From Candidatus Undinarchaeales archaeon (lineage in GTDB: Archaea; SpSt-1190; JASMDC01): a stretch of 64,000 nucleotides of DNA. The position numbers were made by a program, and so were the translations under genes. The stretch spans positions 64,001 through 128,000 of the forward strand of contig JASMDC010000001.1 in NCBI GenBank assembly GCA_030753015.1, in the 5' to 3' direction. Shown here piece after piece: positions 39,501 through 48,143 of the stretch; position 1 is the first letter of the stretch, and each line of letters begins with the position of its first letter. Under the pieces are notes generated by a model. It saw only the letters and a program-made list of their open reading frames with translations. It had not been told where the DNA came from and made no database searches.

Positions 39501-40932
39501 AGTGGGAGCATTGGGACCAGCCAGATGATGTGCAGGAGGTGGTGCCGCCATAGTCACAGGTATCACCTATCTCTCTGGGGCTGCAGTCGGGCTTCGTCGT
39601 GTCGCTCTGGTAATTACATGACGCCCACCCGCTCTCCGTGCAGTCCGTCTCCCCCGAATAGCGGCAGGTATCACCGTCCGGTTGAGGTCCGCAATCGGGC
39701 TTGTTGGTATCCTGGTACGCGAAGGAACACGCCTCCCAACCTGTTGACATGCAGGACGTGCTCCCGCCATACTTGCAGAGACGGTCACTGGCCGCAGCCG
39801 AGCAATCGGGCTTCGATCCCATCTGATAGTTGCAGTCCGACCATCCTCCAGCCTGGCACTGGGGATTGGCCGTGTGGTAGCAGGAGTTCCCATCGGGGTA
39901 ATTGTCGCATGTGGGCCGGGTCTCGCTCTCGAAAGAGCAGCTGGACCATCCCGACGCCGTGCAGTCGCTGGATCCCGAGTGCTTGCAGATGCTACCATCT
40001 ATATAGGATCCACAGGAAGGCTTGGTCCCGGTCTGGTAGCTGCACTCCCATCCTGAGGCAGTGCACTGTGCCGTGCCTGAATGGTAGCATGTGTTCCCGT
40101 TCGCGTAATTTCCGCAAGCGGGCTTTGTCTCGGTCTGGTAGCTGCACTCCCATCCTGAGGCGGTGCACTGCGCCGTGCCCGAATGGTAACATGTGTTCCC
40201 GTTCGCGTAGTTACCACATGCGGGCTTTGTCTCGGTCTGGTAGCTGCATTCCCAACCTGTCGCCTTGCACAGTGATGTTCCGGAGTGATAGCATGTGTTC
40301 CCGTTCGCGTAATTTCCGCAGGCGGGCTTTGTCTCGGTCTGGAACGCACAGGTCGACCATCCCGTCGCCGAGCACTGGGTCGATCCCGAGTGGTAGCATG
40401 TGTTCCCGTTGGCATAGTTCGTGCATGCGGGCTTGCTGTCGCTCTGGAACTCACATGTCGACCATCCCGATGCGGTGCATCCGGTCGTACCGGAATGATA
40501 GCATGTGTTCCCGTCCGGGTACTGGGTACATGCCGGTTTCGAGGTGCTCTGATAGGAACATTCCCAACCGCCGGCGGTACACTGCGCGCTGCCCGAGTAA
40601 TAGCAGATGTTCCCGTCCGCGTACAAGCCGCACGCGGGCTGGTTCGCATCCTGATACGAGTAGGAGCAGGTCGACCAGCCGGTGGACGTGCACGATGTGC
40701 TCCCACCGTACTTACAGGTAGTGCCACTGATGGTCTGAGAGCATGAGGGCTTGGAATTCCGGTAGCTGAAGCAGCATTTCGGATATTGATAGTACCCGCT
40801 GTAATAGCAGTAACTGCCACTTGTCTTGGGCAGGCAGCTCGTGGTAGATGTGCTGAAGCACCAGGCACTCCAGCCGAGGCTCATGACAAGGACCATTACC
40901 AGCAACAGGGTGCGTCGGTGGGCACCTATCAT
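33526..40932 (-). CDS. Giant Cys-rich repeat single-pass membrane protein (2468 aa)
   Basis: Signal peptide, 30 GW four-Cys repeats, 7 CCGDD repeats, GVCC..W repeats, TM near the C-terminus and a cytoplasmic domain. Confidence 0.9.
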   Translation of the reverse strand: MIGAHRRTLLLVMVLVMSLGWSAWCFSTSTTSCLPKTSGSYCYYSGYYQYPKCCFSYRNSKPSCSQTISGTTCKYGGSTSCTSTGWSTCSYSYQDANQPACGLYADGNICYYSGSAQCTAGGWECSYQSTSKPACTQYPDGNTCYHSGTTGCTASGWSTCEFQSDSKPACTNYANGNTCYHSGSTQCSATGWSTCAFQTETKPACGNYANGNTCYHSGTSLCKATGWECSYQTETKPACGNYANGNTCYHSGTAQCTASGWECSYQTETKPACGNYANGNTCYHSGTAQCTASGWECSYQTGTKPSCGSYIDGSICKHSGSSDCTASGWSSCSFESETRPTCDNYPDGNSCYHTANPQCQAGGWSDCNYQMGSKPDCSAAASDRLCKYGGSTSCMSTGWEACSFAYQDTNKPDCGPQPDGDTCRYSGETDCTESGWASCNYQSDTTKPDCSPREIGDTCDYGGTTSCTSSGWSQCSHSSDLIKPVCNPIASGDTCYYGRYTRCGSSGWSECTHTYQDTNKPLCGPDPVGDTCRYSGSTSCSESGWTGCLFSLQDSVKPACGPKPVGDTCQYQGTTDCTTSGWGSCTFSASDASRPTCTPTADGDACHYGGISECGTSGWTSCSDNTDRNPPNCDPKAVGNTCSYAGSTSCSTTGWSGCEFAHQDAGKPDCGPKDEGNTCSYGGNAQCTTSGWSSCTYSLTDTNKPTCNPSPLDNTCRYSGHATCGIGGWEACAFDYSDTNPPDCSPRTEGTYCYYQGSSSCGSGGWTECSFSGSDSQRPACPPKPEGNTCKFGGAPSCTGSGWGACAYTSSDTQRSACAPYTDGNICYYGGTPQCGADGWSECTYTSSDHQRPACPPDEDGNTCKFGGSPACTESGWGSCTFTSQEPNKPDCGPVAQVDVCQFDGSTQCTASGWAACTFNKQDASRPACESEASGTNCRHSGTATCITDGWSDCKYTIDTSKPACPHYSSGRTCNYRGTTSCSSSGWSTCDYNEDTERPACGHYEEAGLCYFGGGTLCTNDGWSACKYAQETGDKSSCPPLAVGGTCQFDGSTSCTKDGWASCAFASSDPTKPPCLPKAVDNNCYFSGLTGCAVGGWTRPCEYKESSSSHPLCDNYIDAQALKCHFSGFTDCEEGGWSTCDYSQCEIDVLGSTGESCSDMECSVCASSNGDTNYYSCVMCAKEEWRENQCCGDDPDEEWCGLTGYCHAGAWTMVAGSDPDNNARFCEVCSSFAWRENRCCGDDPDEAWCGVTGYCQTDSWIAVKDGNADLDAEYCRTCKSGTWQFSTADRTAACCGDDPDEEWCGAGGYCSAGAWAAVTDPDDDQHFCSNCLTKATWADGQCCGDDGATEYWNSTEGVCCGGEFQVGTGVCCNNTWADGGNCCLVSDCLERPYASCTSESCTANRCSYDRVCTGNACAIDTDDWCTACSSSDGDANEDSCSCKIGSWHISTADQKEMCCGDDKGEDWTGVGGLCLDGRWGVSDEPCLTSDSCTKSPYDVCTNSQCVCTSDECPSKMCLYSLECEATNCRGDAWCSLCSKDGDNDARSCECDGGEWIDGRCCGDDKEKDNWCGATARCLKGLVQRDLCEECEACLFGNCTTFCDGTTCTQGSKVWCSACANPEGDGDPFSCQCKGGINARWVDEQCCGDDILERWNSTSGVCCAGAFTAGGNCCSDAECIGNYTCQEDFTCSRTCRFGFKGCGGNCFMGDGVCCNSTWIKSGACCGDQDCPHDRPVCDGDISICRSCTASIECGPDSECCGGKCYGGQGLCCDDSWYTGDDVCCGDVDCTEGTTCFVSGHRCSAIECQEGFTPCGRRCEEGEGTCCDEKWYTAEGNCCDDTWIEGSDCCNDNDCGTFLCDNHQCSKVCKGRFSFCGDQCWLGQGVCCDNSWIEQGQCCNSANCTRTLPMCDDNVCRSCGDDGECGEGEICCGGQCFPPQLGACCNNTWSQGMASCSQVTCEVERGGVLCAGSCIMQKGVCCEDRFLMGITRCPECGDGFCERYEDAPQRRCIEDCCRTQEIRCYGYDEKTRGCFQGEAVFCDRCEFAQKFEVCRRVSAENIDKLLLSSIATSEDETRTMLKELYSTLVNHRKLDKMDFDERTVLVENLTHISRSLGGEDAVAMERGNTLALELSTTHICSLGTIPCLQTCITSISRSCIDHIDWIKFVEEIKDHVELVIIGASLFIGLFLVVKRKTLGEERVVVKRGMDREGALLKIFVKVENGSTFPLRDVKVELTSPAALAYLEPESNVYMLGDLESGDLQSAIFKMYPLRCVSGEISGVVTYKDDRGRMKSQNVKPVKVSSVCPVLEGYEVEPDKYDSVFGKYKSFSHAVNLGSDWRVAWAAIEARTTPLYVVREASSMFSGKAIWAGRGKFSKKRVSLEVSVYQATTGWNMNLVARAEEPAMGTGLLSDLVVEITKAMRSSYYANRYYGSYGSQSNVARTPQAGTGQAQQNGTAQTPVTGQPSAG
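40031..40438. repeat. Coding tandem repeats, 102-bp period
   Basis: GTCTGG unit starts at 40031, 40133, 40235 and 40337. Each encodes about KPACGNYANGNTCYHSGTAQCTASGWECSYQTET. Confidence 0.85.
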
Positions 40933-41058
40933 TCCACAAACCTACCTCTAACTACCAATCCAAGATTTTGAGTTCTTGTTTTATTAAGCTTGGGAAATGT
41001 CGCCGAGTCCGAGCTCTGGCTCAACCGGAAAGTGCCTTGCCCACCCGCATTACTGGAC

Positions 41059-41649
41059 CTATGGCATCAGTAGTCTGCGGAAGGAGAACTTCTGGCCGAA
41101 CATGTTGAAGTAGACACGGTCCGGAGCGTACCGGTGCTTGGTCCACTTCAGGAAGTGCATGAAGAATGTCGGGCCGAACCAGTTGCCAGCGAAGCCGACC
41201 ATGTAGTTCTTGATCTTGTCCAGCTTCACGATGGCGTAGATGTCGCGGTTGAGGTAGTCCAGACCGGGGTGCTTGACCTGCATGGTGCCCCCGAAGTAAT
41301 TGACGAGGGGCTCAGGGAAGCCCTTTGTGATGAGGACGTCGAACGTGTTGGGCCCATGCTCGTCAGCGTCATACTGGAACTGGACCTTGAGCACGCTGTG
41401 CTCATCCGGGCTGAAGTCCGATACCTCACGGGGAGCGCGTTCTTTGCACGTCATCTGGAGGGAGAGCTCCATCTTCGAGCATTGGCACAGTTCCGCCAGG
41501 GTGCCGTCGTCGAGATTGCGCCTGTAGAGGTTCATCTCTGCACCGTAGGGATTGAAGTAGGTGAGCGTCAGGTGATCGGGAGGATTGAAGTCGAGATTCT
41601 TGGAGACATCACCCATAAGCGCATTGGAGATATTGCGGATAAGGTCCAT
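41059..41649 (-). CDS. Hypothetical protein
   Basis: Open frame with host-like GC3-rich codons in its 3' part. Start uncertain (41616, 41649 or further upstream). Confidence 0.65.
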   Translation of the reverse strand: MDLIRNISNALMGDVSKNLDFNPPDHLTLTYFNPYGAEMNLYRRNLDDGTLAELCQCSKMELSLQMTCKERAPREVSDFSPDEHSVLKVQFQYDADEHGPNTFDVLITKGFPEPLVNYFGGTMQVKHPGLDYLNRDIYAIVKLDKIKNYMVGFAGNWFGPTFFMHFLKWTKHRYAPDRVYFNMFGQKFSFRRLLMP

Positions 41650-41838
41650 AACCTTGGTCTTGGTATGCTGGTCCACGTTCCCGCAACCCAGGGTGAGATG
41701 ATAGGTTATAGCTCCCATCAACGGAATATGACACGCTCCGAGTTTAACTATTTTTCGGTAGTGTCGCCTTTTCACTCGACGACCCTCCTCACAGCCTCCG
41801 ACAACCTTAAATAAGAGGGAATGCCGCCACAAAGTCGG

Positions 41839-42543
41839 ATGGGTTCCAAGCAAAAGCTCGCCAAGCTCATGGCGGGGGAGATCGTGCTCTCTGAGCAACC
41901 GGGCTCTACTATCAGGAAGTGGAGGGAGCAGTTCAAGATTTCGCAGAAGGAGCTAGCAGAGAACCTCAAGGTCTCATCTTCAGTGATTAGCGACTATGAG
42001 GGAGGACGGAGGAAGTCGCCCGGTATCAATGTTATTCATCGCATCATTGACACATTGATCGCCGTGGACGAGGAGCGTGGTAGTCCTATGATCACGAGGT
42101 TCGGTTCGCTCCTCACGGGGGAGAGCTGGGGCGAGATCGTGCACGATATCCGGGAGCTGATGACGCCGATCAATGCCATGGACTTCTGTGATAAGCTCAA
42201 AGCGGATGTCATCGCTTGCGAGGAGCTCATCGATCGTGAGCTCTACGGATACACCGTGGTGGACAGCCTCAAGGCGATCCTTGAGTTCTCGCCCTTGGAA
42301 CTCGCCCGTATCTACGGTTCCACCACCCAGCGAGCCGTCGTGTTCTCCCGCGTTTCTACGGGGCGTTCCCCCATGGTGGCCATCCGCGTGACGAACCTCA
42401 AGCCGAGCATCGTTGTGATCCACGGTACGGACATCGAGGATCCGGTGGCGGTAAAACTGGCCGAGGTCGAGCGAATACCGTTGGCGATCTCTCGGCTGGG
42501 GAGCCTGGACGAAATACTCCAAACCCTTCGGACAATAGAGTAG
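41839..42543 (+). CDS. Cro/C1 HTH transcriptional regulator with DRTGG-like domain (COG1709-like)
   Basis: AGEIVLSEQPG...ISDYEGGRRKSPG, GYTVVDS, VSTGRSPMVAIRV. Confidence 0.9.
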   Translation: MGSKQKLAKLMAGEIVLSEQPGSTIRKWREQFKISQKELAENLKVSSSVISDYEGGRRKSPGINVIHRIIDTLIAVDEERGSPMITRFGSLLTGESWGEIVHDIRELMTPINAMDFCDKLKADVIACEELIDRELYGYTVVDSLKAILEFSPLELARIYGSTTQRAVVFSRVSTGRSPMVAIRVTNLKPSIVVIHGTDIEDPVAVKLAEVERIPLAISRLGSLDEILQTLRTIE

Positions 42544-42560
42544 ATCCGAGCCCCCTTCGT

Positions 42561-42737
42561 CTAGGGTTCGTTATAGGTGATGAAGACACGGAGCGTACCG
42601 GTCGTGCCGATATAATTGTAGCTGATCCCGATGATGTTCTCACGACCGATGCTGTTGAGGAACTTCTCGGCCTCAGCTAGTGTCTTATCGTTGGCGCCCG
42701 GGAGGATGCTCCCACCGAATCCTTTTATCTTGATCAT
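42561..42737 (-). CDS. 58-aa protein, paralog of 42762..42938 (absent from ORF track)
   Basis: MIKIKGFGGSILPGANDKTLAEAEKFLNSIGRENIIGISYNYIGTTGTLRVFITYNEP, with GGAAGG SD. Confidence 0.85.
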   Translation of the reverse strand: MIKIKGFGGSILPGANDKTLAEAEKFLNSIGRENIIGISYNYIGTTGTLRVFITYNEP

Positions 42738-42761
42738 GGTACAACCTTCCAGTTCGTGCCC

Positions 42762-42938
42762 TCAAGGCGAGTCGTAAGTCAGAAAGACCCTGAGGGTCCC
42801 TGAGGTCCCGATGTAGCAGTATTTAACATCGATGATATTGGCCCGTGTGACCGAATTAAGGAATGACTCCGATTCCCGAAGCGTCTTCTCATTGGAGCCA
42901 GGGAGCAAGCTTCCGCCGAACGTCTTGATTCGTATCAT
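42762..42938 (-). CDS. 58-aa protein (tandem paralog)
   Basis: MIRIKTFGGSLLPGSNEKTLRESESFLNSVTRANIIDVKYCYIGTSGTLRVFLTYDSP, with AAGGTG SD. Confidence 0.85.
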   Translation of the reverse strand: MIRIKTFGGSLLPGSNEKTLRESESFLNSVTRANIIDVKYCYIGTSGTLRVFLTYDSP

Positions 42939-43049
42939 CGCCGCCACCTTCGATTTCTCATAAGGGGGGAAAACAATAAATAGGTTAGTCGGGCGTCGAG
43001 AACCTAACTCCGGTACTCTTCCCTGTTGCCGGTTGCGAAGGCGGTTGTG

Positions 43050-44270
43050 TTGCTCAAGGTCGTGAAGTTCGGAGGCTCGAGTGTTGCTTCGGGCGAGAAG
43101 GTGGCGCGTGCAGCAAAAGCTATCGTCCAGGACGTGAAGCGTGGGAACCGTATCGTGGTCGTGGTATCGGCCATGGGCGATTCTACGAACCGCCTGCTTA
43201 CCATCGCAAATGGTGCTTGTGGGGGATCTCCGGCGCCGGAGGACCTTGATGAGATTCTTGCCATGGGCGAGCGGATATCTATACGTATGTTCGCGGCCGC
43301 GCTCCGTTCCCTGGGAGCGGAACCCGTTTTGGTGGATCCTCAGACATCGCTCTGGCCCGTCATCACTGACTCCACTCCCGGGAGCGCCAAGCCGGACCTA
43401 GCCAAGACAGCGGTCCGGGCGCGAGAGACCATGCTGCCGTTGCTTGAGGAAGGGAAGATCCCTGTCGTGGCCGGATTCATTGGAATCGACGGAGCGAACC
43501 GCATTACCACCATCGGCAGAGGAGGTGGGGATACGAGCGCATCCCTCATGGGAAACGTGCTCCATGCTGATGAGGTCGTCATCGTGACCGATGTGGACGG
43601 CATCCTCTCCGCCGATCCCCGGGAGATCCCTGATGCCCGGATTCTGAACTGCATCACTGTCCAGGAACTGTGGGATCTGGCAGTGAACGGTGCGGGTGTC
43701 ATGCATCACCTCTCTCTGAGGTACAAACGGAAGGGAACCGTCATCAGGGTAGTGAACAATGAGAAGGGAGATATAATGACAAAGGGAACAGAGATAACCG
43801 GTGAGCTCGAAAGTGTTGGATTCCTCGTGGGGCTGGGCAAGGAGCCGAAAGCAGCAGTGACCGTCGTGGGCGACCAGATGGACCAACGCCGTGGACTCCT
43901 CTACAGGTTCTCCCGGCAACTGTCCGAGGCGGACGTCACCATCTACTCAATCTCAGCATCTACCTACTCCATCACGTTCTATGTGGACGAGAAAATGGAG
44001 CGCACTGCGGTGGCCAGCCTCCACGAACTCGTTGTCGAGGACGACAAGCTCAAAGCGGTCACATCCCGGGGCGGCATCGGGCTCATTACCGTAGCGGCCC
44101 AGGGCCTTCAGGACAAGGCGTCGATGCTCTCTCGCATCGGTACCCTTCTAGAGGAGCAGGGGCACCAGCTAATCGGAGTAAACACTTCAACGGCCGAGCT
44201 CACCCTCCTTGTTGAATGGGAAGACGCAGAGGCATGTCGGGACGTCCTACACTCAGGTCTCGCATCATAG
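43050..44270 (+). CDS. Aspartate kinase with two ACT domains
   Basis: KFGGSS, VVSAMGDSTN, TTIGRGGGDTSA, TDVDGILSADP. Confidence 0.93.
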   Translation: MLKVVKFGGSSVASGEKVARAAKAIVQDVKRGNRIVVVVSAMGDSTNRLLTIANGACGGSPAPEDLDEILAMGERISIRMFAAALRSLGAEPVLVDPQTSLWPVITDSTPGSAKPDLAKTAVRARETMLPLLEEGKIPVVAGFIGIDGANRITTIGRGGGDTSASLMGNVLHADEVVIVTDVDGILSADPREIPDARILNCITVQELWDLAVNGAGVMHHLSLRYKRKGTVIRVVNNEKGDIMTKGTEITGELESVGFLVGLGKEPKAAVTVVGDQMDQRRGLLYRFSRQLSEADVTIYSISASTYSITFYVDEKMERTAVASLHELVVEDDKLKAVTSRGGIGLITVAAQGLQDKASMLSRIGTLLEEQGHQLIGVNTSTAELTLLVEWEDAEACRDVLHSGLAS

Positions 44271-44315
44271 GCGGGCTCTAAGCTTATTATAGGTGTGGGG
44301 AGTACCGAGGCACGC

Positions 44316-46100
44316 ATGTCGCGCTCTGTAGGGCCTTTGGTGGCCGCCCTCATCATCTTGGTACTCGCCTTCGATGTACTCTCTATCCTCTCCCTTGAAC
44401 CTCGTCTCCCACTGCCACACGACGGCGCGTTCACGATACTCGCCGTCCATGGGGACGTGAACGCAGATGGAAGAATGGACACATTCCATGTCAGATCATC
44501 ATACTCCGGAAGCGGAGAACAACCGGTCCTTTTCCAGACTCTGCAGCTCTACACCTATAATTTCACGATACGGTCGTTGGCCCTCGACAGGATCGACTGG
44601 AGGAAGCTAGAGGGCGCCAATGACACGATGTATCGGAATGGGGATGTGGTGGAACACTTCCTTCAGGTCCCGGCCAGTCATGCACTGGACGGTGCAATGA
44701 TGCTGACCGTATCCTTTGATCCCGATCCGCGTAGGGGATTCTCCAGCGTCAACGCCACCTTTCGCCTCCCCCCCTCGCTTGAGCACGGGGCCACGATCGA
44801 TATCACTCAGGCACGTCTGAAGGATATCGTGGTCCTGGAACAGGACAACTTCTCCACCAACACCGACGAGACGCGGAACACTACGTCGATGATGCAGGCG
44901 GAGGGTCTGGCGGTCCCGGTCATGCTCATGATCCTCATTGCTCTTCTCGTCCATGCAGTGCGACGGGACCGGCCTTGGCTACGCTCCCTTGGACGGAGCT
45001 GGTGGGTATCTATGGTACTCATCCTCATCGCAGCCCTCTTTCTGCGTGTGTGGTACGGGGATCTATTCCAGCGTACACAGATCGTCAATAATATGCGCAA
45101 CGTACGGTTCGCCCAGCACTTGTTAGGGGGATCGACGATCTTCTGGTCTTTCGGTTCAGGACATCCCTATATCCTGTCCATAGTGTATGCCGCTTCAGGG
45201 ACGGGTGTATCTGCCTGGGGTGCCGAAGGGACAGCCATGGCCGTGTCACTCGCCGTATCACTGGTCCACGTGCTCGCTCTCGGTCTCCTCGGTGCCGCGT
45301 TCCTCAGTCCGCGCGCAGGCCTGGCCGCAGCAGCCCTTCTTACTACTCTCCCTCTCGATCTCCTTTACGCCACGACAGTCCGGCGGGACGGGCTGGCGAG
45401 CCTCTTCATGACCGTCTCCTTATTCCTCATGGTGCGTGGCTCCCGGTCGAGCTCCCGCTCCCACCTGTATGCGGGTGCTGCTGCCATGGGGATGGCCCTG
45501 TTCACTGTTCGACCCCTCTTGGTCATCCTGGTCCCCTGGTTGGCTTTCCTCATCCTGGCGTGCGACCTTCCTCCCCGCCGGCTCAAAGGCCCGCTCGTCT
45601 TCCTGCTCCTGGCCGCGGCCCTACCCGCACTGGCCCTTATGTTCGAGGCCATGACCTATATTGACGGAACACCCATCTTGGGCGGGATGATCCTCACTCC
45701 GGAATACCTGACGGCCAATGCCGGATGGATGGTATTCTACCTGTTCGGGGGCGACCACCATGCATCGCTCATCACACTTCTGGCCATAGTGGGCGTGCTC
45801 TCCCTGAGACGTCGAGGTCCCGGGAAAGCAGCGTCGTTGGCGGCATTCCCTATCATGATGTCTCTCTTCTTCATCGTCCACCGCGTCCCCATCGCCTATT
45901 GCACCTCGCACCGCCACCTGATCTTCCTCTATCCGACCCTCCTTCTGATGTCGAGCGAGGGTGTTGCCGAGGTGTGGAAACGCTGGCGGGAGCGGTACGG
46001 GAGCGAACCATTGTTAATCTTAGCGTTGGCAGCGCTCTACATCATAGGTGTGCACGCTGGTTATCTGGATGGAGTGCTCGCTCTCAGGCGGTGCATCTGA
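44316..46100 (+). CDS. GT-C fold (ArnT/PMT-like) membrane glycosyltransferase
   Basis: Many TM segments, ALFLRVW, GLAAAALL...P, RHLIFLYP. Confidence 0.7.
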   Translation: MSRSVGPLVAALIILVLAFDVLSILSLEPRLPLPHDGAFTILAVHGDVNADGRMDTFHVRSSYSGSGEQPVLFQTLQLYTYNFTIRSLALDRIDWRKLEGANDTMYRNGDVVEHFLQVPASHALDGAMMLTVSFDPDPRRGFSSVNATFRLPPSLEHGATIDITQARLKDIVVLEQDNFSTNTDETRNTTSMMQAEGLAVPVMLMILIALLVHAVRRDRPWLRSLGRSWWVSMVLILIAALFLRVWYGDLFQRTQIVNNMRNVRFAQHLLGGSTIFWSFGSGHPYILSIVYAASGTGVSAWGAEGTAMAVSLAVSLVHVLALGLLGAAFLSPRAGLAAAALLTTLPLDLLYATTVRRDGLASLFMTVSLFLMVRGSRSSSRSHLYAGAAAMGMALFTVRPLLVILVPWLAFLILACDLPPRRLKGPLVFLLLAAALPALALMFEAMTYIDGTPILGGMILTPEYLTANAGWMVFYLFGGDHHASLITLLAIVGVLSLRRRGPGKAASLAAFPIMMSLFFIVHRVPIAYCTSHRHLIFLYPTLLLMSSEGVAEVWKRWRERYGSEPLLILALAALYIIGVHAGYLDGVLALRRCI

Positions 46101-46316
46101 GCCCTGACAGCAGGAATCCCTCTCTATGGTCGACCCTCCTTCTGCATGCGCTGGTACGGGAAATCCGAGCCCTCCAGGCGATAAAGCCGTGTGTTAGGGG
46201 AAGTATATTATGTGTAATTCTTACCTAATTTATTACTCCCTTTCGTCTTCGTGACCTTTCTCCACTTTCTTGCTGCGGGTGAGTGTGTGGTCGCAGTCAA
46301 TAGCAGCGCGTGAGGC

Positions 46317-46736
46317 CTACTCACCGATGACCTGGCATATGAGACTTCGACGCCTTGAGCGGGTATCGAGTTCAACGAACACGGCCTGCTGCCATGTGCC
46401 GAGAACGAGCTCACCCTTGCGGAAGGGGATGGTAAGGCTTGGTCCAAGGAACGCAGCTCTGACGTGGGAAGAGCCGTTATCGTCGTTCCATGTCATATGG
46501 TGTGCGTAGTCCGCGTTCCGTGGAGCTATTATCTCGAGAGCCCTTGGGATATCCTTGAGGAGCCCGGGTTCGTACTCGATGGTTGTGAGAGCACCTGTAG
46601 ATCCGGGGACGAACACGCATACAACGCCATTATCCAGCCCGGACGAGCGTACAATGTCGGCGACCTTGCTGCTGATATCGACGATGTGGACGGCTCCCTT
46701 GGTCTTGATAGTGAAGTCCTCCGCATGGACGGCCAT
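46317..46736 (-). CDS. yjbQ: YjbQ/UPF0047 family protein
   Basis: GSTGALTTIEYE, NGSSHVRA, LGTWQ, ELD. Confidence 0.93.
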   Translation of the reverse strand: MAVHAEDFTIKTKGAVHIVDISSKVADIVRSSGLDNGVVCVFVPGSTGALTTIEYEPGLLKDIPRALEIIAPRNADYAHHMTWNDDNGSSHVRAAFLGPSLTIPFRKGELVLGTWQQAVFVELDTRSRRRSLICQVIGE

Positions 46737-46784
46737 GTCCGGCCCGATGCGCACGGGTGTTTAAATATCGATGGGCGCCCCTAC

Positions 46785-48053
46785 CTATCCAATGGGCATG
46801 TAGTACAGCTGCCCCTCCGAGTCGCGCATGAAGTAGGCGTCGAAGGTCCCGGCGTCCACCGCAGTTGCCTTCTGTACCTCCTCGCCCTCCATGTAGAACA
46901 CGTTGAACGTCACGTTGTGCTGGAATGTGTGGAGTGCTTGCTGAAGGGAGTGGGGCGTTATAGGCTGGTAGAGGGTATTGGGCAGTCGCTCGGGTGCGTT
47001 CTCCGTGATGTAGGTCAGCATGGCCTTCGGATCCCGCTCGGCCAGATCGTCATCAAGGACATAACGGTTCTGTCCCGTGAGCTCGTTCTCATCCCTCTCA
47101 TACGTCCGCTCAAGCTCCTTCCATGAGAGAGAGCCGTCCATGCGCTGTCTTGCAAGCCCGCCCAGCTCTTTTGCTAGCGTTCCTGCATCGCGGGCGATGT
47201 CATCTATGTGGTCGGGTATATTGTCGATCCCATACGCTTTGTCGAGGCGGTTGAGCACGTGGAATCCGGCCTTCGCATATGGGCATTTGAAGCCCTCGTT
47301 CACAGTAGTAGTCCACCGCAGCAGGTCCCTTATGAGGAGCGAGCGCACGTTGGGACCAGCGCCGTCACGCTCCGCGAGCTCGAGGCCCTTGACCGTCGCG
47401 TAAGCTTCGCTCAGACCTATATCCTCATAACTACGCAGGAAGTCATTGGCCGTCGAGGCATCAAGATCCGCCACGAGGTCAGCATGACCGAGCTCGTGGT
47501 ATTTGGTTGCAGCCTTGTACTCGTCCCGGCTCATATCATCTTGATGGATCCCTGTAATCACTTCATTGACCTTCTGTACGAATTCTTGGGGCAGGTGGGT
47601 CGATTCAATGGTGTCCTGCTCCCGGTATGTGCTCATACCATGATCGATGAGAGAATCATCCTTGAGGAGGACGGTCGTCCCGTCAGGGTGGCGTTCTGTG
47701 AGCCCAGTAGTGCCCTGCCGCCCATCGCTCTCTGCTAGAGTCGCGACCTCATAGATATCGATCCCTCGGGCATCGTCGCGCTCATGACCTTTGACGTGGT
47801 ACACGCCGAGCGAACTTCCACCGACATCGAGTAGGGTGTCCCCTGAGCGGACGGAGAATGAACCAAGGTCATTATACACTTCGTCCATATGCTTCGCGAG
47901 AGTGTTCACTGCCTCCTTTGCTGACGAAGCGGACGCCACCTCATTGAGATAGTCCGGGGCGTCATCTGGTAGTGTCGCTGCTGGCGTGTCCTCGAAGTAT
48001 GACGCGATGGCGGTGCCAAGGAGCTCACGGAGCTCGCCAACATCACTACTCAA
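46785..48053 (-). CDS. Hypothetical acidic protein with HEXXH motif
   Basis: YHELGH followed by SEAYA. Start estimated at TTG 48053. Confidence 0.65.
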   Translation of the reverse strand: MSSDVGELRELLGTAIASYFEDTPAATLPDDAPDYLNEVASASSAKEAVNTLAKHMDEVYNDLGSFSVRSGDTLLDVGGSSLGVYHVKGHERDDARGIDIYEVATLAESDGRQGTTGLTERHPDGTTVLLKDDSLIDHGMSTYREQDTIESTHLPQEFVQKVNEVITGIHQDDMSRDEYKAATKYHELGHADLVADLDASTANDFLRSYEDIGLSEAYATVKGLELAERDGAGPNVRSLLIRDLLRWTTTVNEGFKCPYAKAGFHVLNRLDKAYGIDNIPDHIDDIARDAGTLAKELGGLARQRMDGSLSWKELERTYERDENELTGQNRYVLDDDLAERDPKAMLTYITENAPERLPNTLYQPITPHSLQQALHTFQHNVTFNVFYMEGEEVQKATAVDAGTFDAYFMRDSEGQLYYMPIG

Positions 48054-48143
48054 TAGTAGTAATAATACATTCCTGCAATTTAAGTATTTCGGTTTAACTC
48101 CGTGGGTGAATACATTTAAGCATGAGGCACCGCTCGCATCCCG

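Noticed and set aside
37500-40740. CRISPR array or DGR template in the repeated region
   Set aside because: The repeats are in-frame coding units with synonymous variation. There are no spacers, cas genes or reverse transcriptase.
46100-46316. Structured ncRNA in the convergent intergenic gap
   Set aside because: No recognisable RNA family motif or strong stem was found by eye.
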